64,000 nt of DNA. It comes from Botryllus schlosseri. Lineage: Eukaryota. Within the stretch, counting starts at the first letter, position 1. The number at the start of each line of letters is the position of its first letter. The position numbers and the translations under genes were made by a program. The notes under the pieces were generated by a model. That model was not told the DNA's origin, ran no database searches, and was given only the letters and a program-made list of their open reading frames with translations. Positions 22,301 through 35,411 of the stretch are shown one piece after another. Location of the stretch: NCBI GenBank assembly GCA_051294905.1, contig CM119372.1, forward strand, positions 10,480,001 through 10,544,000. The letters run 5' to 3'.

Positions 22301-23251
22301 ATCCCACATTTGACTTTCTGGACCAAAGACATGAAATACATTTTCCACTTTTAGAAGGAATATTTACATTTCTCTTTCAATTCCCAGTATCATACTTTGA
22401 GTTCTAATTAATTTGTTCTTTTGTCCGGAGAACATACATGTTGAGGTATATAAGCTAATGTAGAAATTCCTTTAATTTGCGGATATATATAGCTACACAA
22501 TATGACATATTTACGATCCACCATATTTTTTATTAACGTTTACTAATCGCGCAAAGTGTTTACACCATATCCGATACAACTTCTCCGTTTTGCTCTTCGA
22601 CTAAACTACTGGCCTTATAATATGGGGAAGGGCGCCATACCATATTTTCTAAACGGGCTGTTCGAGTAAACAGAGAATTAGTATCGCATTTCCATATCAA
22701 TACTATCATTTTCATCCCATGATGCAGATTAATGCTTATATGCTGTCGAAAATTGGATACCTCCTGGTATGCATCAAAACGAATCAAGCTCCGGACCTTT
22801 CGCATAGCTTAATTTGCAGCTTTTGACAATCCACGCGAACGAGTTACGATCGTACTTTGAGAAAAGACTGGTGCAAACTATGAACAACCAGTTAACTCGT
22901 GACATCAACAAAGAATTTAGACTCCCGCACACAGAAGATCGGGTTATTTACGTCTTTCCCGTAGCACCCGTTAATCGGTCACATACGTAGACCACATCGA
23001 TCATACTCCATCGCAGTGCGTCAACATTCTGGCATGGAAGCCGGTGTTAGTATAGATAACTAAGGTACTAAGGTAGTGTTAGTCAGTTTATGGAATGTAA
23101 ACCATAACAATCGGCAATTACCTCGCTGCCGAGGCAACAATATCGTCGGCTGCTCGGGGGGTGTGACGGCGTTGAACAGTAAGTTTTGTTCACTAATTGA
23201 ATCTGTTAAGCCATATGCAACGTTTTGCTCATAGGGGTTATCTGGTAGATA

Positions 23252-23606
23252 CCAGAGTGGAATCGGTGGCAACGGCACGCGCAACGTCACGCAAGCATTT
23301 ATATCTGATCACGCCGATTAGTGAATTATGATGACGTCACGAAGCGATACCAGACTCCAGATGCAGAATAAGGCGCTGGCGCTTTACAATGCAAGCGTGG
23401 CATTTGTGCAACAGCGAATATTCGGCATAATCCTGGTCCGGTGTATGCCAGGTCTATTTTAGCACATGGTGTCCCTTATCAAGTAATTAAGTATCGAATC
23501 AGAACGAAAAATATTTCCTTCACGCGGATGAAATTTTCCAATCACGCGAGAAATCCGTCTGTCACGCACAACATGTTGTCGAAAACAACCACCGATTCCA
23601 GTTTGG
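23252..23606. mobile_element. MITE with CCAGAGTGGAATCGGTGG TIR, copy 1
   Basis: CCAGAGTGGAATCGGTGG / CCACCGATTCCAGTTTGG; exact TSD GGTAGATA at 23244-23251 and 23607-23614. Confidence 0.88.
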
Positions 23607-23612
23607 GGTAGA

Positions 23613-24119
23613 TAGGGCTGGGCAAAATCGAGTACCTGAGTGATTCGATTCTGAATCACGTATTACGCTTCGAGTCGAGTCGAGTATTCGAGTATCACTC
23701 ATTATGACGTCACAACAGAATGTACTGTGTCAACGTTGAAATATGTACCTTTTATGCCACTACAATTCTTGTTATCCGTCACATTAAAGACACTTTTGTA
23801 TTTTTTCGACCATACCGATGTCATTGTACTTCTTGGCAATGTTGTGGGATGATCATGACTTCGAAAATGTGTTATTTCCAGTAACGTTCGTAGCTTTGTA
23901 CTGTGTCTCGTATGCTGCGACACGGCCAATCCAGGTTTCAAGCCTTCCTTAGTGAAAAATAGTATCAAAACTATAATTCTCGCTAGTAAATTACCTTTCA
24001 GTTGCGAGGAGCGTATAATTTCAGAACTCGAAAAAAATCCTCTTTTGCTACTCGACTCGAATCACTAAAATTAATACTCGATTCAGATTCGAGTACTCGA
24101 ATCATTGTGCCCAGCCCTA
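23613..24119. mobile_element. hAT-type MITE (TAGGGCTGGGCA TIR, TCGAGTA/TCGAAT repeats)
   Basis: TAGGGCTGGGCA / TGCCCAGCCCTA; TSD CTGGTAGA at 24120-24127, with the left copy at 23242-23249 displaced by the later 23252 insertion. Confidence 0.85.
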
Positions 24120-24319
24120 CTGGTAGATAGACATATTCAGTAACATCACCGTTTATAAGAGCCCGGCGGCGACACTCACATGATTTCATTGATTCTGGAC
24201 TGTTTGGTCCGGGTAACGTAAGATCGGCATTGACAATAATGTCATGTTGTTATAATGTGATGAATTGGCCAATTAACTTGAACTTTTCTAGATAGCGGTT
24301 TTGTAACCACAGTGTAGCA

Positions 24320-24682
24320 CCAGACTGGAATCGGTGGTTGTTTTCGACAACATGTTGTGCGTGACAGACAGATTTCTCGCGTGATTGGAAAATTTCATCC
24401 GCGTGACGGAAATATTTTTCGCTCTGATTCAATACTGAATTACTTATTAAACGACACAATGTGCTAAAATAGACCTGGTATACGCTGGACTAGGGCTACG
24501 CCGCATATTCGCTGTTACGCAAATGCCACGCTTGCTTGAGTTCATTGTAAAGCGCAAGCGCCTTATTCTGGATCTGGACTCTGTTATCGCTTTGTGACGT
24601 CATCATAATTCATTAATCGGCGTGATCAGATATAAATGCTCGCGTGACGTTGCGCGTGCCGTTGCCACCGATTCCACTCTGG
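24320..24682. mobile_element. MITE with CCAGAGTGGAATCGGTGG TIR, copy 2 (inverted relative to copy 1)
   Basis: CCAGACTGGAATCGGTGG / CCACCGATTCCACTCTGG; exact TSD GTGTAGCA at 24312-24319 and 24683-24690. Confidence 0.9.
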
Positions 24683-25994
24683 GTGTAGCATAGCACTTGG
24701 TGGTAATGCGATTATATAACGATATCACTTCAAGTATACCGTACTGGCGTACTATAGTCAAGTATAATATGGAAAGTTCAACAAAAATTTCTTATGAATT
24801 GTAATCCACAGAGCCTATATTTTGTTCTCCGGTGCAGAGTTTTGTCAAAACCAATAGTATTGAAAATACTGGTTTACGGCGCTTTTTGACTGGATTTTTT
24901 TAGTATAAAACCATCGCTTTTATGACATTAGTTCTGATTTACCAGGTGTTTTGAAATGCAACATGGCAACTTGAAAGTCCCTCGCCTATCAAATGCATTA
25001 GTGTCTACAATTTTAGAAGATTAAGTGTACATCAAGACTTATTTAGATATAGCGAGTTGGGTAACTTTCTATCCTTCAATCTTACTAAACCACACGTCAA
25101 AGATGGGGATTTATTCCACTTATTATATGTACAACTCTACATCGTCAGGGACATCGTTGACAGTCTGCCGTATATTTTGCAATACCGTATAACAGTGATG
25201 ACTGATAGCTTATTCGATAGCAACAATTAAGATGTTAGTCTATGATTCGAAATAGGATATCGTATCGTCATGGTGCTGTGTACTTGTAAGTGTATCATAT
25301 AGAGTGCACCTTTATTGTAAGGGGATAGATAACTGCCATGAGTGACAGGTCTCAAGTCCGATGATCTTGCTTGAAAGGCAGTATTGGCATCATACCCAAA
25401 AGTGCACTGCACAATAATGCACAATTTGTCATATACCAGGCATCAATTGAATCGTCTCTCACAACATGTAAGGTGTCTTCGATACCGTACTCTGCTGATC
25501 AAGTTGGTGTGTCCATATATTCCATATTTTTAAAAGATGGCAAAGTTGATGTTACTTTTAGCTGGAATAAATGTTGTTATGTGTAACCGGCCTTATTTCT
25601 ATAAAGCTGATTAACCTTTTACGTTACAGATGTTACCGTCCATTCGGCTACACATGAACAAGAGATATACTAAGTCGCACCCAGGGATGTGGTTAGAGGA
25701 GGCTAGTGAGGCAGTGCTTTACCGCCAGGATAAGTAAAAGAAAATAGTGAAACTTTCCACCATTAAGCCTACGCATCAGATGAAATTTTTGTTTATGTTG
25801 ATATTTTTATTGTTTGTTGTTTGTTTTTATGTTGTGGTGGTGGTGGGGTAGGGATAAACTGCACTACATAATGTATATCACAAGTCACATTTAGTATTAT
25901 GTCACCATTGTTCAATTGTGGGATCAGGTCTTCTATACATAGATTTGAGATGTGAAGGAATTCCGAAGCTCAGTTAACTCCTAAATGATGCAAT

Positions 25995-27110
25995 GAGAGA
26001 GAGAGTTTGAGAAATTTATTCGTCATCTCAAAAAATCAAAAAAGATACACATGATTCCAAAAAATATTGTCCGGTCACAGTAGGTAAGATCAAAACACAA
26101 GAATCGTGATATGAAATGTACAAATATAAATGCTAGACTAACCTATAGCGAAGCGATCGGGTGATCATCCAGTCTACAACAGCTGTATGGAGTAATTTGA
26201 TATATATTTTTGCCCATTGCGCAATAACGGTGAATTGCCAAAAGTGTAGATGTAAGAGCACAGAATGAGTCAGGTCAGTTATGGAAAATTATCAAAATAC
26301 AAAATATGTCGGCTGGCACTGGTTCATATTAGGAAAACTGTTAGCTTTTATAGGATTCAATAAGATCATGACGATGCTTGGTTTTTAATACATATAAAGA
26401 ATTGTTTCTAATATGGATGTATGGACTTCCATATAAGGGGACCTTGATAAGTAATGGTTTAGTGATGAGCCTTCGTTAGATGTCAGTCTTGTCAGTTCAT
26501 AACAGAACTGCTTGTGAAATGAGAAAGGTGTTTACTAAGAGGGGTGAAATAGTCTAAGAAAATGTCAGGCAGGGTAATATTCAGAGGTGGTCAAAGTAGC
26601 CACCGTCGCTACTCAAGTAGAAGTAGAAGGAACACCAGAATTTCTACTCGAGTAGAAGTAGTAGTGGTGGTTCACAAGTAAGTAAGTAGGTATTCTACAC
26701 CTATTTTTGCCTAAAAAACTGAAAACTGTCAAGTAGAAGTAGTCTAAAATCATTACCACGTAATAAGTAGTGCGAGTAGGCAAAATCTACTTCTAGTACT
26801 TCAAAAAGTAGAAGTACTTCGTTACTGACCACCTCTGGTAATATTATAGTACTTATGCATCAGAATACCCATATACCCACTTCAATACTATAGATATTCT
26901 TAAATTTCAAGAATTTCAGACTATATGGTAAGAGATTGAGGCGATCTCTACGATTGGCAAGGAATATTAATGTAAATGTTTTTATAATCTGCATCAGAAT
27001 AGATGGTTTTGGCGAGTATTGCAAAAATCTGGTTGCAAAGCAATTTTTTACTCGGTTCAAAAGTTTAATACATTAGTAGGTGCTATCATAGTAGAGTCAC
27101 TTCTTTGCTA
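25995..27110 (-). mobile_element. Decayed CR1-group LINE 3' fragment with (CT)n tail, split by a MITE
   Basis: Minus-strand remnants SLKFLKFKNIYSIEVG, MHKYYNITLPDIFLDYF, TITYQGPLIWKSI; AATAAA followed by (CT)n at about 25995-26020. Boundaries approximate. Confidence 0.7.
26582..26837. mobile_element. hAT-type MITE (CAGAGGTGGTCA TIR, AGTAGAAGTA repeats)
   Basis: CAGAGGTGGTCA / TGACCACCTCTG; exact TSD GTAATATT at 26574-26581 and 26838-26845. Confidence 0.9.
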
Positions 27111-27789
27111 TTGTGATCACATGTTATTATAACGTTTTTTTTAGCAATATAGAATTGGTAGTACGGTAGATATTAAAAAAAATCACTGAATTTTTTGTTA
27201 TGTTTGTTGATATTTCGTTTTTAAATTTCTAAACGGGTTAAGAAATGACGCGCAGCCGCGACAGCTGGAGCGTGAAGGTCCTGTGGAAATTTCAATAAGT
27301 TGCAGCTCCATTACGGTGCCCCTTTAAAAGAGAATTGAGTGATTTAATAAGTGACGTAACGTACTGCAACAAAATTTTCAACAACACAATCAAACCAGTG
27401 GAATATGTTGGTTGGCGATTGAAAAATAATGGCATACAAGAAGAGGCACTCGGACTTATGTCTTAGCTCTAATTAGTTGATGACAGTACAGCAAAGTTAA
27501 TCTCGTCAAAATTGGACCTCACATCGCAAAGTTATCACATTTTCAATTTGTGCTCACCTAACCATAAATTTCAATTACTCAGTCATTGTATGAGACAGTA
27601 ACTGCCATAAAACAGCATAACTATATTGTTGAGGCCGATTTATAGTACCTATGATTGAATATATTTTACTCATTAGTCGTTGAATCTTTGTTGGTCAAAA
27701 TTACTTTATACAAAGTTTTAAAACTAGGTATTTTTCATTACTAAGTCAGAAAAATGGAGGATGATGAATTTAAAAATATGAATGATTGG

Positions 27790-28667
27790 TAGGGCGATTT
27801 TTTTACCTAAAAAAAGGAAAATTTTGACCTAAAAATCAAAATTGTGACTTTTTTCGACCTAAACAAACTGAATTTTGACTGAATTTTGAACTAACGTATG
27901 CAGAATGTAGATTAGGTGTTTTCCCACATAATGTTAAAATTGTACCGCTTATCTTCATTTCGAGTTGGAACTGGCTGTCCTAACTAAGTAGTTTGTCCTG
28001 AAAAAAGTTTTTGGCTTAGAAAGGTCAGGCAAATTTTTACATGAAAAAAGTAATCTGGCCCTATGAAGAATTCCAGTAGTTACAATACGTATTATGGCAG
28101 AAATAATTAAAATTTGTTGTAGTACAACGAGAGATACTTTCCAACATTCTCGGGTAGAAAGTGCATGTCCTTACTAAGAAGCTTGCCAAGAATGGAGAAA
28201 GAATGTTCAACAGCAGCAGTTGTTGGCTGACAACACTCAAGTTGTGCGTACACTGCTGGTGACACACCGTGTTGCAAGTTGCTTCATTCTGACAATGTTT
28301 TCTACATTACAATTTCTCATCATGCCCTTCTTAACATAAGAATGATGCAATGCCCAAGAAGTCTTTCTTCAGTTAATATATTGCGGTACGTTGACCATAA
28401 CAGCATGTCTACCTATTTGTTTTATTTGACCGTTTATGATTCACAATGGGCAGACAATTGACCGTCTACATCTACAACGTTAGGCCTATAAAGTAGGCTG
28501 TAAGCTGTAAAATGTCTAATGATAAGTTCACCGACCGTGCAAATATTCATGATATAAACGAAATGCTGGTGGCAAATTTATCTGACTTTGTAAACAATTT
28601 TGACGATTTTTTAACCTAACGCTTCAATTTTGACAAAATTTTGACATGTCAAGAAAAAATCGCCCTA
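27790..28667 (-). mobile_element. hAT deletion derivative retaining the transposase C-terminus
   Basis: TIR TAGGGCGATTTTTT / AAAAAATCGCCCTA; TSD ATGATTGG/ATGATGGG (7/8); minus strand reads TTAAVEHSFSILGKLLSKDMHFLPENVGKY, an ERSFS-like hAT dimerisation motif. Confidence 0.8.
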
Positions 28668-28779
28668 ATGATGGGTAATATATTATTCTATTTTTGAACT
28701 TAGTAGGGCCTACCCCACAAAACAAAGTGTCATCAAAAACTATACTGCTATTTAGTGCTATTGGTATTTGCCTGCTGAT

Positions 28780-29319
28780 CAGGGTTGTAACCAAGTCACA
28801 AGGCTCCGAGTCACAAGTCAATCTCACTTTTATAGTTTTGACTCGAGTCAAGTCGAGTCATTTTCAATTCACCACCGAGTCAAGTCCAAGTCACCGAGCA
28901 GGGGTTCGAGTCCGAGTCATGGTATTATGACTCGAGTCCGAGCCCAAGTCATTGTGTTGACTGCTCAGTTCCCAGTTAAAGTTTTGTTAAACCCACTTTT
29001 ATAACTCAGTTTCGTGATATCGAATGGTTCACATTTATAATATAGAAATTGGTCGCATTTTCAAGTACCAGTATCAATAAACGAAATCCCAACAAGGTGG
29101 TTACTTTACTATACTTCGAAATTACAATGAAAAGTCGGTCTTGGCCGTCTGAGTCTCGAGTCATGTGACTTGGTTCGAGTCATGCGCAATGACTGGAGTT
29201 CAAGTCGAGTCAGTATAAAGATTGACTCGAGTCGAGTCAAGTCATTTCCGTGTTTTGAGAAAATGACTCGAGTCAAGTCGAGTCATCAGAAAATCGTGAC
29301 TCGAGTCATTACAACCCTG
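28780..29319. mobile_element. CAGGGTTGTAA / GACTCGAGTC MITE
   Basis: Same TIRs as 16803; exact TSD CTGCTGAT at 28772-28779 and 29320-29327. Confidence 0.92.
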
Positions 29320-31002
29320 CTGCTGATGTTCATGAATGACAAATCACCCATTATTACACAATTCACATACATATTTACTGTTCACACTTCACAGATAGGG
29401 GAATGGAGAGGTGACGCTGAGACCAGCCAAGTCCTCACCTGTCACAGGGACGCGATCTCAGAATAACTCGCATCAAACGAATGCTACAGTTTCACTGATT
29501 CCCAAATTCTAAATATTAATAATGTTTGGTCTACATAAATCCCTCAAACTCGCCAAAGATGTAAAAATCGGCTTTGTTATGTACGTACAATGACAGCGTA
29601 AAACAATACAAGGTGAGGAACAAATTAATATGTCACATCGATTGTTGGAATAAAAATCCGACAAACACAGTACGGTACAGTGAAACAATACGTTATTGGC
29701 TATCGACTTGCGAGCCGGTGGTGTAGCATGCTTGTGAAGTTAGGACGGCCAAAGTGTAGTGCACAGGGGTATCCGAAAGTTCTAGATATCGCTGGTACCT
29801 TGTAGGTCCTAGTAAATACCTTCTCTTGGTGATATAGCTGTTATGTATTTCCATACCTACCTTTAATTGTGGATACCTAGTATCTTCTTACGCAACCTGC
29901 ACGTGTAGATTGCTAATGTGATAAGAAACACGTCAACTGAATCAGCTGACCATTTGGGTGTTATATATATATATTTGCGAATTTGATTCTGTGAGGGATA
30001 TTCCACGCCTCCTACCCAATCATGAACCCCTCCGTCACCCCACGTCACTGGTCTCACGGAAAAACTAGTGCGGCACTAGGGAAATATTGCAGTCTCATGT
30101 CAAATAATATAAAGCAAGGTGTATGCGGCCCCGGTGCATGTCAGTATGCATTGTATGGTCTGGTCTGGTTATGGTGGATTACAGCAGCAATGTGTGATCA
30201 ATGATCAAATTGATCATCGTAAACTATACTCATATTCATGTCACAAAGCAATGGTTTCACAACTGTCACCTATCACTACAGCACCCACAGTGCACTGCGT
30301 AACCCCAAATATACACTACATTTACGCCTTTCACCCAACACTACCGCTGTCGTGCTTGAGTGGTCTCAATGCCTTCGAGAATTTCATCTTAAGTTTCCAA
30401 CCGACGCTCTCCGTTGGATTGTTTCGTCTCGCCATCGTTTTGATAGACGCAAACTTACTTGAGCGTTATTCAAGACCGAAATAACTGTAGCGCATTTGTG
30501 GTGTGTGAAAGGATTTGATTCTCTTCAGCCGGAGAAACTCTCGCAGATAATACGCTACAGCCATAGAATGTTCACATGAATCAGATATATCGAAAGTCCA
30601 TTGAGCGCGTATTCGCCACTCGGTGTGAATGTTTCTTATGGAACAACGTACGATGGTATTCTCTATCGCTCTGCTGGGTTTGTTGATTTTGCATCGTGCT
30701 AAGTAAACTGACGGAAGTTGAGTAGGATATTTGCTGGTCAGGATTTTTATGAGCCTGTTCGCACCGTATGTTAATACTGTATAGCGTATATATGTAAGCT
30801 GGGAATGATTTCTGTTGATGACAATGTTATTCAACGTGTGTAGAAATCGAACACACTTGTTGCTTTCATTTTAGAACTCGAGGCTATATGGGAATGTTTG
30901 GTGTAGATAATCGACTTGAAATATAACGCTTTCTTTGCTGTAGTACGTACTGATGAGCCGGGATCGAAGAGCGAAATTACGAAATGGCCAACTGAAATTG
31001 AA

Positions 31003-31323
31003 ATGGACACGAAAGGTGGACAGACTGTATCATACGTCGGCCAGAGGCCATATTCGCCGTCGGACGTCATGACCTACGATATTTCATCGGACTCGTCCGA
31101 TGAAAGTACCAAAAGCAAACTCTGTGGCAAAGTTTTATGTTCTCCGGGCCGATCGGAATCGAGCGACGACAGCAGTTCTAGTTATGAGTACCAGTGGAAA
31201 GAGGCAAAACCAGCAAAACCACCGATAGAACCGTGTTTGACCATGGTAAATATTGGCTTGAAGGATATTCCGGCCGTTAAGCGGGAACGTTTGGTGATTA
31301 CGCCTCTGAAGGCCGTTTGCAAG
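31003..31323 (+). CDS. Probable first coding exon of the large uncharacterised gene
   Basis: ATG 31003 (acceptor TTCTTTGCTGTAG upstream at 30943); Ser/Asp-rich ORF MDTKGGQTVSYVGQRPYSPSD...LKAVCK; strong phase-0 donor AAG|GTAAGA compatible with exon 40895. Linkage to the downstream exons is inferred. Confidence 0.55.
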
Positions 31324-31557
31324 GTAAGAGCAAATATCGCCACGTAATCAAACCGTATTTTCTTGCCTACAAAGCAAACCTGCGACGTCGATGGCGCTGG
31401 TTGGTGTTTATGGTGGTAACGGTCGTTGCTCGTCCATGTTTGATATCGCGTGTTTGCTGCGTTACACATTAACACGAACAAGTGGAATTTGAAATGTTTT
31501 ATGATAGGGCGGAGCCATCGGATGGTGTTTGATATGCATTGTATTGTATACATTATA

Positions 31558-31951
31558 TAGGGTTACCATATTTTGGAAATCTGAAAAGAGGACACTCTTT
31601 CAGAATTTTCAAACTTGCAAAACCAGAGGAAAGTCCTGAAAAAATGGTAAATTTTCCTACTTCGTGGTCGGTTGACTAAAAGAAGGTCAACTTTCTCTCT
31701 CAGCGCCCAAAATACTGTTTTCCTTCACATTAACAGGTGTTTGACTAAAAAAAGGTCGACTTTCCGACTCAGCTTCCGAAATAACCGCCGGAGCGTCACT
31801 TCCGTGCTGATTTACGGCATCTCGGTCGAATTTGGCCGTAAATTTTTCCAAAATTCTCAAAAAAGAGGACAAAAGGGCGTCCTCCGAGGACACTTTCAAA
31901 AAAGTAAAAAAGAGGACAAATCCTCTTAAAAGAGGACGTATGGTAACCCTA
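31558..31951. mobile_element. TAGGGTTACCATA MITE (inverted sibling of 15526-15864)
   Basis: Both TIRs present; internal sequence matches the reverse complement of the 15526 copy with local duplications. Confidence 0.85.
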
Positions 31952-32795
31952 GATTGTATCAATGAAAGACGTTCGAGGTGCAATGCTCTGCTTGGATCTG
32001 ATTCGGGCTGGAAATGTACACTTTGTTGGTCGTCTTTACACACGTTTCATCAGTTGAAAGCATTACAAAATTGCGATGCTGTAACAACATGGGAAAGAGT
32101 CAAATTGACTCGTAGATCAGGCCACCCTTTCACATACAGCCAATAATGTTGAAAACATGCTTTCAATAGGCATGCATGTCTTGTCTATACCGTGGTAGAG
32201 ATACGAAGGTAGAAGGGCATAGAGAGGAATAGACGTTGGCAGTAGAGAGGCATATATGATGGAACGATCTATGCGAGAAATCGATATTTGAAAGAGGTGA
32301 TCCGGCTATGTCACGATTTGAGAGTGCAGTCTGCCCACGTCAGGATTCTTGCAAATTACCTATGTCCTATTTTATCGCAGAGGCAATTAACCTATTCCTT
32401 TGTTGGCAGTTAACAGCCCTTTGAACTCATCAACCAGTTCACACAGCCTGTCAAGAATGACTCAAAATCATGTTCTTATGTGCATCCAACACGGGCTCAC
32501 TTCTGTAATCTTCATTAAATATTGATTTCATTCCACATCCATGTTCCATACATTCGATGGTATAAAAACCAACTTTACAGACACAGCACATTGATGTACT
32601 CGCTAGTTCATTTGCGATAATCACCTAAAATATAGGACGTGGTTTTAAAATGATGTCGAGAGGCAGCAATGAATTATGGAATTGATATTCTGAATGCTTC
32701 CTCGTTTCGCTTGATGAATCCCTGCTATCTTGCGTATGCAACTATGCATGTACCACAGCAAAATCGACGCCTGCGGTTGGAATGTTGCATTCAAC

Positions 32796-32821
32796 CGGGG
32801 CCTACGATACTTAAGGCCCCG
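32796..32821. mobile_element. 26-bp CGGGGCCTACGATA-family element with 7-bp TSD
   Basis: CGGGGCCTACGATACTTA + AGGCCCCG; TSD ATTCAAC at 32789-32795 and 32822-32828. Confidence 0.8.
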
Positions 32822-35411
32822 ATTCAACTCATTCAATGATTAATATGATCACATAAAACCTCCTATTCTGAAAGAAGCAACTGTAATTATAGGCCTGTTC
32901 AGTTGTTCATGCTCGCGGAGAGCTGCCATAGTACGGTGTCGGTGTGTCGTTGAAGCAAATACTTGTCGATGTAATATTATTGGATATTGTGTACTCATTA
33001 TCATCATTGGATGATCATTGGAGAATGGAACTATCACACGATTACTAGTTATTGATCCTAATTCAGTCTAGGCTCATGGCTTCCCGTAGCGCCCCGACCT
33101 TGTACGAAATGTACGGTGTGCGCTAGGGGTAGGCAACTCCCAAGGGGCCAAAGAAGACACAGAAAATACGTTCGCGGTCCAGGCCGAATGTATAACTATA
33201 CTCTGCGTGACTGCGTCGTATTCATTTGAGGTATTTCTAGATTGAAAAGGCTGTCTGGAGGTACAGAACTTCAATATACAATTCAGTAGTATATTCATAT
33301 TGAGATGAACCCGAATATTTTCGGCTGATACTCGTAAGTGGTAATCGTCAGCGACTAGTAGAGAATTGGAAAGAACATTGTATATCAGTGTTTCCCAAAC
33401 TTTTTCTATTTAGAATATATCCTGGAATCAAATCACCATATCCTTGTGCAGTTTTCCGAGATTTATGCTTTTCCATCAAATCGGGTATGCGAAATGACCG
33501 ATAGCTCAGGCAAGATGAGAATTGAAACGGTTCACGTCTCGCAAAATTTCGGTGATATATCAAGGGCTTATCACTGAATCCGGACAGTGCCATCCTCACC
33601 CTGATCACGTTTCATCATTACTAAGAACGGACATATTCTACTCATAAATTTTGGAGAATAGTAGTAGTATCAGATCAGCGATATCGTTTCCCGCAACCTG
33701 AACGCCGTGTCGAAGGCCACGGTCGCAGCACTGTCGAAAATCCGCGATCGTTTGAAACAAAGATTGAAATCACGCAAGACAGTTTCCCTTAAAATGCCAT
33801 CTCACCTTGTATTGAGCAATAATTGCTCAGATACTTCGTAGTTCTCACAGCACACAATAAACCACGCTTTCTAGGTATTCTGCCGACTGCTAAATTAGTT
33901 CACTGATGGGCAGGATCAGCATTGTCAAGTAGAAATGGACTTTTCCGGTACAGCTGATTAAATAGATGGAAGACCCTAAATTGCCCTGACTGAATCGATT
34001 TTGCATTTTTACTTCATGTTTAGTAGCCTAATTCGTGAATCGTTTCAATACCAGACAGCAGTTGCCTACTAAACTGACACCGCCGCCATTTGCTCTCGGC
34101 GCCTCCTCACCGTCCAATTTTAAAGCCAGCACCCCACAATCGCCCATTTCATGATCATCGCCCCCTTCGCGCTCACGAACGCCCCCAGGGGGTGCTGGCG
34201 CCAACTCTAAAAACCAATGTTGTATATGAACAATCGTAACTTCATTGTTCAAAGCAATGGCAAACATGAAACATTTTATTAGCTATTTTTTAACCACATT
34301 AACCCCCAGACACGTTTTTCTATTAATACACCAAAAAGTATTTTGCACGTTACATATCTTGTCTTAGTCACTGTATCCCGAGCTGTTTGTAGCCTGGTAA
34401 AATATCGCTGTCGTTCTACTAATCGCTTCGGTAGTAGATATTCTGAAATAACCCCCTCTCCGGCAGCCGAGTGTCTGTCTGCGTGTAGCCTATTTATCCA
34501 TAATGTCAACTTAAATTATACTCCTTGAACACAGCGATCTACTCACCACAAACTAAAAAAGGTTTTTCCTCCGACTTCAGCATTGTGCTCTAAACCATCT
34601 TGAAATTTTGGTCTTCGGCCCGAGCTTTGTTTTTTGACATTTTGAATCTGGATTACGCGTACCGCGTACGTATGCTATATGTGGTCACATCACATAAATG
34701 AAGAGGCTTCAAAGTAAATGCATTTCCGGGTCTGGTATACAGCCTACGATTTTAGTCGCGTAATAACATCCGAAAGTATGTTTCATGTTCTAAATTCCAA
34801 TCAACTTTTCGCGGGCCAATCAACTTTTCGCGGGCCAGTCAGAATCGCATCGCGGGCCGTGCAATGCCCAGGTATAGTGTACACTGTAGGCCTACCGTGC
34901 AGCAGTGGTGCTCAACCGCCGGTGTCGGTCCGTGGCAACTGTTCTGTCGGTCCGCCAGATGTATTAGAATATTTTTATCCAAATTCCAAAATGGAAGACG
35001 TTTGGCGTTTGTCCATTAATTAGAGATATAAAACATCAAATTTTGAATTGATTCAGAAGTATGGGACGTATCTTATGGTGTCGCAATAGGGATTTCATGG
35101 CCTTCTTGGGGCCTGCGTTAGAATGGTGCTACTGTTGAAAATTACCGTAACCTGCAACTCGTTTCGAAGAAGTTGTATGTTGAAGCTACGGAGACTGTTG
35201 GAATAAATTTTGTTAATTCCGACAGTGCAATTAAGCGACACTTGGCAGTAAAATAGAGGTTATAGCAAAGTCGCATTTCTTTCAAAGCAATGCTTTTCAA
35301 CCTTTTTGAGCACCATTCGCACAAACTAACTGAAAATTGTCCAAAATTAGATGACGATACCTAACAATATCTTGTTCGGATGTGCAACAAATAGTCTGCT
35401 ATAGCTTAGGC

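Noticed and set aside
23252..24682. A single 1.4-kb element with 350-bp TIRs
   Set aside because: Each arm has its own TIR pair and its own distinct 8-bp TSD, so they are two independent MITEs.
34030..34230. Plus-strand frame with a single in-frame TGA (...PQSPIS*SSPPSRS...QCCI) as a selenoprotein or readthrough exon
   Set aside because: No start or convincing splice context and no SECIS identified; GC-rich sequence gives such open frames by chance.
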